Shown: positions 1 to 10,962 of the stretch, one piece after another
How positions within the stretch are numbered: position 1 is the first letter of the stretch
Layout: every line of letters starts with the position of its first letter
Assembly (NCBI RefSeq): GCF_018350175.1
Contig: NC_058373.1
Span: 115,260,001 to 115,324,000 of the forward strand
Direction: 5' to 3'
Origin: Felis catus
Taxonomy: Eukaryota
Length of the DNA stretch: 64,000 nt
Position numbers and translations under genes: made by a program
The notes under the pieces: generated by a model
Told to the model about the DNA's origin: nothing
What the model saw: only the letters and a program-made list of their open reading frames with translations
Database searches by the model: none

Positions 1-959
1 AACTGGGGCAGAGAAGACCGTGAACTGTTCAAAATAATGGTAATTGTTGTTTTGGTTTCCTGTGTGTGACCTTCCATGCTCTTTCTCTTTATTACTGTGT
101 TGTATCGACATCAGGTTGTTTAGGCTTCCGTAGCCAAGAGAACGATAATTTGGGAAGGAAATTATAAAAATTTGTTTTTATGTGTTGTATGTAATTTTGA
201 AGGTCAGAGGTGATCACAGCTTATTTTAACTCCACGTACAAGAGTGCTTTAAGAGGTTTCGTGTTTCTTGCTTTCAATGCTGTGACATGGGTGTGACCGT
301 ATGTTAAGGGGAAAACAGTTTACTAGAGAAGACTGCTGAAGGTTCTACACCCGTTTTTGTTCTGGGAGCCTATATGTGTAGATGATGAGTGCTGTTAATA
401 GTTTCTTCTAGGACTCCCTAGAGACTGCTTAGATTCTCTTGGTCCCATGCAGGAGTGCTGAGTTGGATAAATGGTAACAGTGAGTGACACGTAGTAGCCA
501 GATACTCTGACAGTTGTCTTCCCTGTGTGTTCTTGAATCTCAGTTACTTCCTACATACAAGAACGCATCTTCTAGGAGTGAAATTAGGGCCAAAGAAGAG
601 CAAGTAAGTGGTGAACTAGTATGGGCATTGGAGTCCAGTTCCCCAGAACCCAAGCACCACGTTTTCTTAGTGTAGACAAATCTGCCTTAGCCTTGCAGGG
701 GTTTTTTTGAGGAAAACAGTTGGAAGTACCAATTGGCTTTCCAGAAGTGTGGGCATTGGGTAGTGGGACCCCATTTGGGGGGATAGGTTTGAAAGGTTTT
801 TGGTATACATTTGCTTCTCATACCCCAGACTAGAAATTGAGGCCAGAAAATGGGAAGCTGAACCTTCTACCATGAATGAGATGATGGATTTTAGGGAGAG
901 TTTAGTATGCTTGTTTGTTTACTGAGGTGGAGGCATGTGGAAATCAGTGGAACCTAGAT

Positions 960-1074
960 TTTTTTTTTCTTTTTTTTTTAAGATTTTATAAGTAATCTTT
1001 GCACCCAACGTGGGGCTTGAACTCTGAACGAGGTCAAGTCGTGTGTTCCACCAGCTGAGCCAGCCAGGCGCCCC
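960..1074 (-). mobile_element. Short CanSINE (tRNA-like head + A tail)
   Basis: Reverse complement starts GGGGCGCCTGGCTGGCTCAG; T-run tail at 960-980. Confidence 0.85.
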
Positions 1075-2522
1075 AGGTTCTTTTATTGGGTTGCTTCGGA
1101 AGGCTGCAAGTCCGCCAGAAGTTAATGTCAAATGGAAAGAGACAATTTTTTTGTTCTTTGGTATGATAGATGTAACTGGGTAGTATGGTGTAGATACTTC
1201 TTGATATTTTACCAGTTGACTCTATTCTGATAGTTTTTCAGTAAATGATAGCCGTGGCTTACCATTTTAATATTAACAAACATTTGTTACACAGTGAAGC
1301 AATAAAATATAAGGCCCTTTGAGCAAATGGGAGGTGACTGGGAGTTAATTTGAACCAGCAAATAAACCTGAATTCCCAGATCCAAGACCTGAGAAATAGA
1401 GGAGTGTGTTATTCTAAGCAAATTTAGGGCCAGAGTTTGTGGGACATGTGTTAACTTTTTTCTTTATATGTTCCTGTTATCTAGTCCTCAAAATCTAGTC
1501 CTTTAAAAGGACAATTTGAGGGTAGTAGGTCCCAAGTCCAGCCTTCCTTTCATGAAAAAACTATTCTGCTTAACCAAGTTTCCTAGCAGGTGAGGTCGGC
1601 TGGGTGGTAGACAAAATCATTTGAACAGTTAAGTTTAAGAGAATATGTAAAAGTGGTAGGTGGATAGACCTTTTCACAGATTAAGAGCCTGTTAGTGACC
1701 CAAACTGGTGATTCTTAAACTTACTGTGGTATTGGGAGTACTGGTGGTCTTGGACATTGGCCAGAAGCTGCCTTAAAATTAACTTGGGTTTACAGTCAGT
1801 TGAACTTAATCATACTGAATGGCATGAAAATCTTAATTAGGCACGGTCTGCTATTTGCAAGGATGAGATGTTCATGAATCTAACGATTGTATATCAGCGT
1901 TATGTAAAGCATTTCATAGGAAATTTGAAATTTTAGAAATCTGATTTAAATAGAGAAACGACCCCTTTTGCAGTAGCTTGCAGCTCTCTGAGTTTTGAGG
2001 GGATATAATAGGAAAACCACTGATAGCTCATGAATTGATGGGCTAGACTTTTAGATTAGTGGGCAATTCTGTTGGTTGTGTTTTCTTGTTTCCTGGCTTT
2101 CCCCCTCTACTTTCGATGGTATTCTCCAGAAATGTCCGTTCATTTCATCACGACTGAGATTTTGAGGCAGTCTTGTTTAATTGCATTTGCATTCTATGTC
2201 TGTTTTTTGTACATGTAGTATCACGTTGGTGTTTTTAGGAGCTTTAATCCATCCCCAAATAGGATTTCAAAAGGGAAGGAATGAGAAATTTTAAGGTTAG
2301 AAAGGACTTCTGAAGTTTAAATCTGGGAGCACTGAGCATTTATTTCCCTCTTCTGTCACAAAAGTTGGAACAGGATTTGGGTATTTGATTTTAGGTAAAA
2401 GTTCCTATTTGTTGCCTAGTTGAGAAATTGAGTGCCTTTCATATGCCTATGGAACACTTCGGAGATGCAGGGGCAAAAGGCAGTTTTGGTTTTTGCCTTC
2501 ATAGGACTGTCATTGAAGAATT

Positions 2523-2701
2523 CTTTTATTTTTTAGCTTTTTTATTTTTTTGAGAGGGGGTGTCACAGAGAGAATCCTACGCGGGTTCTGTACTGACAGC
2601 ATGGCGCCTAATGCCAGACTTGAACTCCCAAACCATGAGATCATGACCTGAGCTAGCATTAAGAGTTGGATACTTAACTGACTGAGCCACCCAGGCACCC
2701 C
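2523..2701 (-). mobile_element. CanSINE
   Basis: Head GGGGTGCCTGGGTGGCTCAG on minus strand; A-rich tail. Confidence 0.9.
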
Positions 2702-2708
2702 ACAAGTC

Positions 2709-2714
2709 TTTATT
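2709..2714 (-). terminator. Candidate SLC10A1 polyadenylation signal AATAAA
   Basis: First minus-strand AATAAA after the stop codon (~220 nt downstream). Alternatives lie in the SINE tail near 2525-2545 and at ~2339. Confidence 0.4.
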
Positions 2715-2930
2715 TTTTAAACAGGTATCAACTTTTAAGCTGGGGCTAGGCGAGGCTCTTCAGGTAGACTCCCTCTGTGTCCTCCCACCAGGCGAGGTTT
2801 GTCAGTTCTGATAGTTTCTGCTGGCAGTGCTGGAGAAAGACTCTCATTTCTGGTGTTGCTTTCATCTTTTTACTCTATCACACTGGCTTTCTGAAATATC
2901 CTCTGACCAGAATCCAGTCCCCTGGGGGAG

Positions 2931-3037
2931 CTAGGCTGTGCAAGGGGAGCATTCCTCCCCTTTGTGGGTGCCATTTCCTAGAGCTCCTGGAATCGTGTCT
3001 TCAGTTGGAGCAGCTGTGTAGGTCATTTTTGTTTTAT
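2931..3037 (-). CDS. SLC10A1: SLC10A1 coding exon 5 (terminal), aa 315-349 + stop
   Basis: Not in the ORF track; read by hand. Acceptor TTCCAG|AT; DKTKMTYTAAPTEDTIPGALGNGTHKGEECSPCTA then TAG at 2933-2931. Total CDS 1050 nt = 349 aa, the human NTCP length. Confidence 0.97.
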
Positions 3038-3196
3038 CTGGAAAGTTGAAGGGGGTCAAGGGTGGGGAAGGAGAGTAACTGTTAATAAAAAAGCTTATTC
3101 AGTGGAAGACAGCACATCCTAGGTTGTATTCTATATGTTTTTGTGTGGTTCCCCCCCACCCCCATCTCTTTTACCGTGCATCCTTCCATTACTTTA

Positions 3197-3389
3197 ATTT
3201 TTTTTTTTTTTTAAGTTTTGTTTATTTTGAGAGCATGAGCAGGGGAAGGGCAGAGAGAGGATTCCAAGCAGGCTTTGCACTATCCACACGCAGCCTGATG
3301 GGGGCCTTAAACTCACAAATCTAGAGATCATGACCTGAGCCAAAATCAGGAATCGGACACTTAACTGACTGAGCCACCCAGGTGCTCCC
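3197..3389 (-). mobile_element. CanSINE (intron 4)
   Basis: Typical head, body and tail; degenerate TSD tccattactttaatt / cccatgacttaatt. Confidence 0.9.
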
Positions 3390-4970
3390 TCCCATGACTT
3401 AATTTTGCTTTCCCTTGAACATTCCTAATGGTAATACTACCAATCAATCTAATAAATTATTGACTCTTAAATCACTTCCTTTCCAACTTCTTGGTACAGA
3501 CAGTGCAGTGGAAGAGTTTACGTTCAGCAGAATGGACTTGCGTTCTGCAAGGAAGCGCAGGGAGGAGATAGCTTTAAGAGGTCTTCTAAGTGTGGAGTTT
3601 CCATGGCCCCCTCATTGTATTTGGCCTAGCCCTTTTTCTGCCTGTATGGAGGTGGTGAGGAGTCGTGGTCCTAGGAGTCGGGATTCACCTATCTTGTCCC
3701 CATTTTTGTAGAAGATACAGGGCTCAGAAGCATGAAAAGTTGTGCATCTCCCCCCTCAGCACAGCCGCATCAGCCCTTACAGTGCACTGGCTCTGAAGAG
3801 GGTCTTAAGTGTGTTGTAGCCCTGCAAACTTGGGAACGTGGTTGGTTAGTTTAGAAAATTCCACCTCTCACTGCTTTTGCAAGAGGGTGGAGATTTCAGA
3901 CTTCACGGGCAACAGATTTGAGTCACTTTCAGGTGAGCATTAGAGGAGGTTCTTTTCCCCAACACTGTAGTTTTGAACAAACGCAAAGTTCTGAAGTATG
4001 CTCAGCTACTTATGGTTTCTTTTTGGCTGCTTGACACAGTTATATGCTAATTGTTTGTTTGCTTTTACTACCAGAAGATAATCACCAGGGGAAGTTGTCT
4101 CCTATGGTCTAAGTCCATCCCCAGGGTGTAGAAAACATCTTGAAGGAGTCCTCAAGTTCATGGGAAATGAAGGATTTGAGTGGTTAAGAATATACTTTAT
4201 AATATGAATATAATACGTTTAGAATTATAAAATACTGAAAATGTCATTCCAAATAAAGTTTCCTGACTTGAAAAAAAAAAGACATTAACAATCCACTTAA
4301 AGGAAGGGACTTAGTGGGTTTCCTGGAGGTTTATTATAGTTTAAAGAGAATGCAAAATGCTCTGAGCATCTTAGAGGAGGTGCTGTTTAGAAAGTAATTC
4401 AATAGTGATCAGGTTTTAAAGTATCAAACTATTGTGATAGCTATTTAATAAGCTTATATTTAAGTTTTATTTACTGTGTAACCAGAGTTGGGAGTCTTTT
4501 TTTGGATTTTGGCTAATTCGATTGCATTGCTTCAATATGTTTTTCTTCATAAAGGAGTACCAGTGGTACTGTGGTCTGACCTGGTTCTAGGACCGGAGAA
4601 CCTAGTCCTAGGAAACACTGCATTTTCCAGATTGTGAGTAGGGACATTTCACACAACTAACACCTCATAGCTATTTAATATCCAAGACCATTTCTTCATC
4701 CTGAGTCTTCCATGGCCTCCCCTTTGCCTTACTCCCATAAGTGCAAAGTCTGTCCACAGTTGATTCTCCTAGCTGGAAGGCAGAGATGGAGTGGAGTTAT
4801 AAGAAGAGCCTTGGCTCTTTGAAGTCCCTTTGTACTTCTTGGTGCTACCTGGTTCCTAGTGACTTGATAGGAGTTGAAGCCCCTTGCAAAGGTCCCTGCC
4901 AGAGACTCACTTGCTGGAAAGGATCAGGTCGGATATGGGAGAACTCAAAGGAGAATGATTCAGTACTCAC

Positions 4971-5167
4971 CTTTGGAAGGCTTCATTTTCTCATAGCAAC
5001 GAAAGATGGAGATGAGAAGAACCCCTTCTCCAAGCTGGAAAATCATGTAGAGGAGAGGGAAGAAGAAAAGTGGCCCAATGACTTGAGGGGGGAACGTCAC
5101 ATTGAGAATGGTAGAACAAAGCTGAACGTTTTGGCATCCAGTTTCCATGCTGACAGTGCGCCTGCAC
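4971..5167 (-). CDS. SLC10A1: SLC10A1 coding exon 4, aa 249-315
   Basis: Acceptor CTAACACAG|G, donor AAG|GTGAGT; 197 nt; [65 protein letters not shown], including the SLC10 METGxQN Na+-site motif. Confidence 0.98.
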
Positions 5168-5650
5168 CTGTGTTAGGTTCAAACAAAGCAACCCTATATG
5201 CCCTCAGAAGGGACAGGAGGGTGCGACACTGGCCCTTCTCCCTCCCAAATCACCTAAGACCCATTGAATGAACGTGGAAGTCAGTGGTGACTAGTAGTTT
5301 TGTGGCCGGGAGTTTTCGTGAGAATTTTTGAGCAGCTTGGGGGTTTCACCATTTGCTTCTGCAGGACTACCAGATTAAAATTGGGAGAATGGCTGGCTGA
5401 TGAGGGATGAAGGGAAGATGGGAGCCACTATCCTTCATTGGCTTGTGTGTTGGGTTTACACACAGGGCAGTTGCAGTGTGAACATACAGAAGATGATCTG
5501 AAATGCTTGGGCCCCTTGTCCAGTTCCCTAGTTTCTGGTTTGGGTATCTCTGAGTCCAAAACACTTCATGATTAAAAACCAAACTTGGTTCAGCCCCGAT
5601 ATCTTTGGAACATGTTCATGGTTTTGCTCTCGTTTTATGGACTAAAGAAC

Positions 5651-5827
5651 AGGCACCTGGGTGGCTCAGTCTGTTAAGCATCTGACTTGATTTTGGCTCA
5701 CGTCATGAACTCTCGGTTCATGGGATCAAGCCCCGCATGGGCTCTGTGCTCACAGCGAGGAGCCTGCTTGGGATTCTCTCTCCGGCCCCTCCTGTCCCTC
5801 TTGCTTTCTTAAAACAAACATTAAAAA
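5651..5827 (+). mobile_element. CanSINE (intron 3)
   Basis: GGCACCTGGGTGGCTCAGTC head, GGATTCTCTCTC body, A tail. Confidence 0.9.
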
Positions 5828-6730
5828 GGGGAGGGGGGATGGGATGTTTACATCTAATGAATACATGTTTAATTCATGGAGTTGTGGTCAGTGTCTTACC
5901 AGAAATTCTGAAAACACATTTATTAGGGGGAGACTACCGTGATGGCCCTTGATTGTGTGGCCATTTATTACCTGTCACTCTTAAAACAATGTACAGTAAG
6001 TCATTGACAGCCTTTTGACTCAACTGTATAACCACATGCTACATATGTTCTACAGTAATTTTTTTTAGTGTGTTTTTTTAAAATGGGTAACTTTATAAGT
6101 TTTATTTTTAAGGCAGTGGTTTTTTTTTGGGGGGGGGGGGATACTAGAGTGCTACTAATGTTCAGACTCCAGCAGCATTTGTCTAGGGCTGACAAGAGGC
6201 AAAGTTCCTGAAATGTGCTACTGTAGACAGGGTCTCTGTCCCACACCAGATTGTCAGGCTGACTGTCCCTGCAAGTAGCCCCTGAGTTTGAAATTGGATT
6301 AGACTCAGCAGAGGTCCACAACCACTAAAGCTCTTAGGGCCACTTAGCAGAGCTGTCACCCCGTGGTGTCCTTGTCAAGACTGAAGCCTAGGCAGAAAGG
6401 GCGGAAGAGTGGGGAAGGAGGAATATTAACACTTACCACGATGGCATGGAACTGCTCCAGTGTTGTTACCTACCAGATTTCAGCAGGAGGTGGAGCCTAG
6501 GCTCTGGAGGGAGCACTTTGTCATGAGCTCTTTGGGGTATTAGATGCTCTTGTTCCTAAGCCATTCGATACCTTATCTCCAATATGTCTCCGAGTCTAGG
6601 GTTCCTGGTTCAGTGGGTGCATTTGCACATACTGCCAGGAAAATGCCTCTCCTAGGTTTTGGGTCTCCTTTTCCTGAGAGACCAGGACAAGAATGAGGCC
6701 GATGGAACAGAGGTTTAAAACAATACTTAC

Positions 6731-6909
6731 CGTCCATTGAGGCGGAAGAGAGCAGAGAGGATGTAGCCCAGCAGGAAGCCGATGAAAGGCATCAGGGAGG
6801 AGGTGGCCAGCAAGTGTGGTGTCATGACAAACATGATACTCTTGCCCACGTTGATGACCGAGAGCGCTATGATGGCCACACTTAACAAAAGCATGGTGAT
6901 GGTCCCTCC
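6731..6909 (-). CDS. SLC10A1: SLC10A1 coding exon 3, aa 190-249
   Basis: Acceptor TTTACAG|G, donor CG|GTAAGT; 179 nt; [60 protein letters not shown]. Confidence 0.98.
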
Positions 6910-7104
6910 CTGTAAATGAAAACAGGAAGAAAAGGCAATTAGGGTGGTGGGGGATGGGGAGGAGCAGAGTGACGGAGCATGGGTGGTGGGTATCAGGTGG
7001 AAACCGAGGGAGTGCAAAAAAACCTTTTATCTCCCATCTATTTGGAATTCCTAATCAGTAGCTAGGAAGCTTCTTGGAGGACAGAGACCTAATAATTAAC
7101 ATTC

Positions 7105-7760
7105 TTGTTACTGTTGACTTAGAAAAGAGCCAGATGTTTACCAGCAAAATGAATTTATTTGGAAATAGAGGAAGTTTAGTTTGGGACAAGCAAGCCATGG
7201 CGAACCATAGGCAAGTCCTGAGTACACGGGACAGGGACTTGCTTGTAGAGAGGAAAAGAGGCCGGGAGGGTCTGCTTCATGCAGTTAGTTCTCCTTGGCT
7301 GGGCTATTGCTGGGAAGGAGAAATACTTCCTCGTGCTGGGGTATGTAAAGTAAGCTTTCCATTAGGCCAGTGGTAGTGTATGAGAGCTTTCCCTTCAAGA
7401 CTTCCAGGCTCCATTTCATACGAGATTTTCCTTGCACCTTTGTCCCCCACTTTTTAAGTTTATTTTGAGTGAGCATGTGCATGGGGAAGGCACAGAGCAA
7501 GGGGGGGGGAGAGAATCCAAAGCAGGCTCCTTGCTGACAACGATGGGGGGCTCAAACTCCCGAACCGTGAGATCATAACCTGCCAGAGTCAGAGGCTTAA
7601 CCGACTGAGCCACCCAGACACCCCACGTTGCTCCCTTTCGATCAAGATCTTTCTTCAGAAACATCGCTGATGAAGAGTCTGCGTGTTCACTAAAGTGGCT
7701 TTGTCTCTCACTGCCAGGAAGGGTTTTTCCTGGTTGTCCTGTCCCACGTTGGAAAGTGCT
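7105..7760 (-). mobile_element. Probable ERV LTR plus adjacent internal remnant, interrupted by a SINE
   Basis: Minus-strand AATAAA near the left end (7135-7140), TGTTACT terminus, purine-rich PPT-like run near 7630-7650; resembles carnivore ERV1 LTRs from recall only. Confidence 0.35.
7451..7624 (-). mobile_element. CanSINE (intron 2)
   Basis: Head/body motif CTGAGCCACCCAG on plus strand; T-rich tail. Confidence 0.88.
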
Positions 7761-8662
7761 TAGATTGGGAACTGTTGAGGCCACATGAGTACCAAGGAAG
7801 GGTGTGAGGGAGAACTCTGAGGCATTTCCCATCTGAGGGTTAGGTTAGGGTTAGGGTCTATATATTGTCAAGATTGAAGGCTTTGGAGAGCATCTTGTCT
7901 GAGCTAATATCTCCCTATTGGTGTGCCCCTTCTGTAGAGAGAGGTACAGAGTTGAAAAACTTCAGTCTTGCCATTTGTCCACAACCTGCCGCTGAGACCG
8001 GAGGCCGTAGGTAGTTGCTTCTTCATAGGTCACTGCGTTTTTTGTACCACCTGACGTCACTGAAGCCATGTGCTGAATGTCCATTTCGTGGGCAGCCAAT
8101 CAAATCAGCTTGCCGGTGACCCAGGAGATGACCTGGCTCGCGCTTCCCACAAAGGTGGCCTCCACAGCTTGCTGAAATGACCGAACAAATCAGATCCTCT
8201 CGTTGAGGGAGTTTGCGGAACTACAGCGAGGGAAGCCTGAGCAGAGGCAAGTGTTAAAAGACCCAGCACCCTGGCAGCAGCGTAAGCCACAGGTTGGCAG
8301 ACGCCGTGAGACGGGTGAGGCAGTTCACCAGTAGCAGCAGGTAGGGGAAAAGCATAGGTGGACTGGCTGAGTCACTCGAACAGCGAGTGACTTCCTTATT
8401 TAAGGGAGGTGGATAGCTTGTGGTAAAAGTGGCTTGTCGACCAGGTCATGCTGAGGTTCATCGACCTAACCACACGGACTCGAATAAGCCCTTGCCTAGG
8501 TAAGTTAAAGTATTACTTGAATTGCCGTTCCAAATAGAGCATGCAAGAAATTGTATCTTGGCATTATCTACGTGTGACCTCCCACTGGGTAATGTGTTTA
8601 CGAGCAGATACCTTTTGCCAGAGCCAGTTAGAAATTGGGTGATTTTGATTTGAAAGTCTCTA

Positions 8663-8872
8663 GGGGGCGCCTGGTTGGCTCAGTTGGTTAACGGTCTGAC
8701 TTGGCTCAGATCATGGATCTCGCAGTTTGTGGTTTGAGCCCCGCATCAGGCTCTGTGCTGACAGCTTGGAGCCTGGAGCCTACTCCGGATTCTGTGTCTC
8801 CCTCTCTGCCCCTCCCCGCTCATGCTCTGTTCCTCTGTCCATCTCCCTCTCTCAAAAATAAATATTAAAAAT
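8663..8872 (+). mobile_element. CanSINE (feline type, intron 2)
   Basis: GGGGGCGCCTGGTTGGCTCAG head, GGAGCCTGGAGCCT insert, (CT)n and A tail. Confidence 0.92.
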
Positions 8873-9109
8873 ATTTTAAATTCTGAGTTAAGAAGGAGAT
8901 ATATTCTTATATTAGTTGTGACTAACTATGATCCTTGGCTTCTTCACCTATAAGATGAGGAAGAACAGAGTTGGATTAAATGATTATCAGAGGTCACTTC
9001 ACATTTTTACATTTTTTTTTTCTTTTTAGTATTCCTGTACCTCCACAAACTATCTTGAATGAAATTAAGTGATAGACACAAACATTTCTGGGTTTTTCTT
9101 CCCCTGCTA

Positions 9110-9594
9110 ATGTGGGGAGTGGTCCAGGCAGAGGGAAGGACATGTGCAAAGAGAAAAGAGCTAACGCTTGATGGGGGCAGGGTGGTGGGTGGTTGGCTTT
9201 AGCAAATCAAGAAGAGCCGGGGAGGCTACATAAGGGGATTGAAAGTTTATCCTGCAGAGAGTATGGAACCAGGGAGGTGTTTTAAGCAGTGGAGAGACGT
9301 GACGGAGTTTGTTCTTACCGTCTCCATCCTCAGGTTGAACCTGATCGAGGAGCCAGGTTCGAAGGCCGTTTCAGTTGTGAGAGACGATAGTGGCCCAAGT
9401 GACGGTAGTGTTGTCACAGGTGGAGAGGAATAGATGGATCCAAGTGAGCGACAGCAGAATAGCCAATCACCTCTTCAGGTGAATGTGACAGGGAATGGAG
9501 AGGACATTGAAAAAGACCAAATGGGTTTGTGGCTTAGGCAGCTGGGCACATGGAATGCCATTCTTTGAGATAATAACGGGGAGGAGATGGCGTT
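9110..9594 (-). mobile_element. Old L2-like fragment (continues ~10760-11720 beyond the L1 insertion)
   Basis: Purine-rich L2-antisense motifs such as CCAGGCAGAGGGAAG...ATGTGCAAAG and TTTTAAGCAG; heavily diverged. Confidence 0.5.
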
Positions 9595-9606
9595 AAGACA
9601 TACTGA

Positions 9607-10342
9607 CCATATATAAGTGTGTGTTTGGTGTGTCTGTGGAAAGTGACTGCAAGAATTTTCTGTGCCACCATCTTGAACCACCTTTCATTTGTTATGACTT
9701 CTACAAGCTAAAAACCTTTTTTGCACAGTGAAGGAAACAACAAAACTAAAACAAGAGATTTGCAAAATGACATAATTGATAAAGGGTTAGTATCCAAAAT
9801 CTATAAAGAACTTCTCAAACTCCACACCCAAAAACCAAATAATCCAGTGGAGAAATGGGCAGAAGACACAAATAGACATTTTTCCAAAGAAGATATACAG
9901 ATGGCCAACAGACACATGAAAAGATGTTCATCACTCATCAGGGAAATACAAATCAAAACTACAATAAGATATCACCTTACACCTGTCAGAATGGCTAAAA
10001 TTAACTCAGGAAACAACAGATGTTGGCAAAGACGTGGAGAAAGGGAACCCTCTTACACTGTTGGCAGGAATGCAAACTGGTGCAGCCACTCTGGAAAACA
10101 GTACAGAGGTTCCTCAAAAAGCTCAAAATAGAGCTACCCTAGGACCCACCAATTGCACTACTAGGTATTTACCCGAAGGATACAAAACTGATTTGAAGGG
10201 GCACATGCACCTAATGTTTATAGCAGCACTATCAACAATAGCCAGATTATAAATTAAAATTTTTAAAATAAAGATAAATAATAGCCAAATTATGGAAAGA
10301 GCTCAAATGTCCATCAACTGATGAATGGGTAAAGAAATTGTG

Positions 10343-10375
<33 letters not shown>

Positions 10376-10747
10376 TGGAGTACTACTCAGCCATAAAAAA
10401 GAATGAAATCTTGCCATTTACAATGGCGTGAATGGAACTACAGTGTAATGTGATTAGAAAATAAGTCAGAAAAAAAAAAGACATGATTCCACTCGTGGAA
10501 TTTAAGAAACAAAACAGATGAACATAAGGGGAAAAGAGAGAGGCAAACCATAACTATAGAGAACAAGATGAGGGTTGCTGGAGGGGAGGTGGGCAGGGTA
10601 TGGGCTAAGTAGGTGATGCATATTAGGGAGGGCACTTGTGATGAGCACAGGGTATTATATGGAACTGATGAATCACTAAGTTCTACTCCTGAAGCTAATA
10701 TCACACTATATGTTAACTAAGTGGAATTTAAGGAACTTGAAACAAAA
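9607..10747 (+). mobile_element. 5'-truncated carnivore L1 (ORF2 C-terminus + 3' UTR) with inverted 5' piece
   Basis: ORF2-like peptide [14 protein letters not shown]...[32 protein letters not shown]; 12-bp TSD AAGACATACTGA at 9595-9606 and 10748-10759. Confidence 0.9.
10345..10373 (+). repeat. (CA)n microsatellite inside L1
   Basis: Direct reading. Confidence 0.95.
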
Positions 10748-10813
10748 AAGACATACTGAGTTTTAAATGCATGAGACATTCAGGTAGAAAGATTTGGCAG
10801 TTAAATGGATCCT

Positions 10814-10962
10814 GGGGGCACGTGGGTAGGTGGCTCAGTTGGTTAAGCGTGCAACTCTTGATCTCAGCTCAGGTCTCCAACTCGGTGTTGTGAGTTCAAG
10901 CCCCATGTTGCGCTCTGCTAGGTGTGAAGCCTGCTTAAATGATGGACGGATGGATGGATGGG
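10814..10962 (+). mobile_element. Short CanSINE with (GGAT)n tail
   Basis: Head GGGGGCACGTGGG...GGTGGCTCAG; TGGATCCTG on both flanks. Confidence 0.8.

Noticed and set aside
2862..2933. Programmed stop-codon read-through of SLC10A1 (TAG-CTC, ~22 extra codons)
   Set aside because: Context is not the established UGA-CUAG motif and nothing else in the sequence supports it.
6430..6440. Consensus-like donor GTG|GTAAGT in intron 3 suggesting an extra exon
   Set aside because: The five exons already give a complete in-frame CDS; no convincing paired acceptor or coding similarity found.
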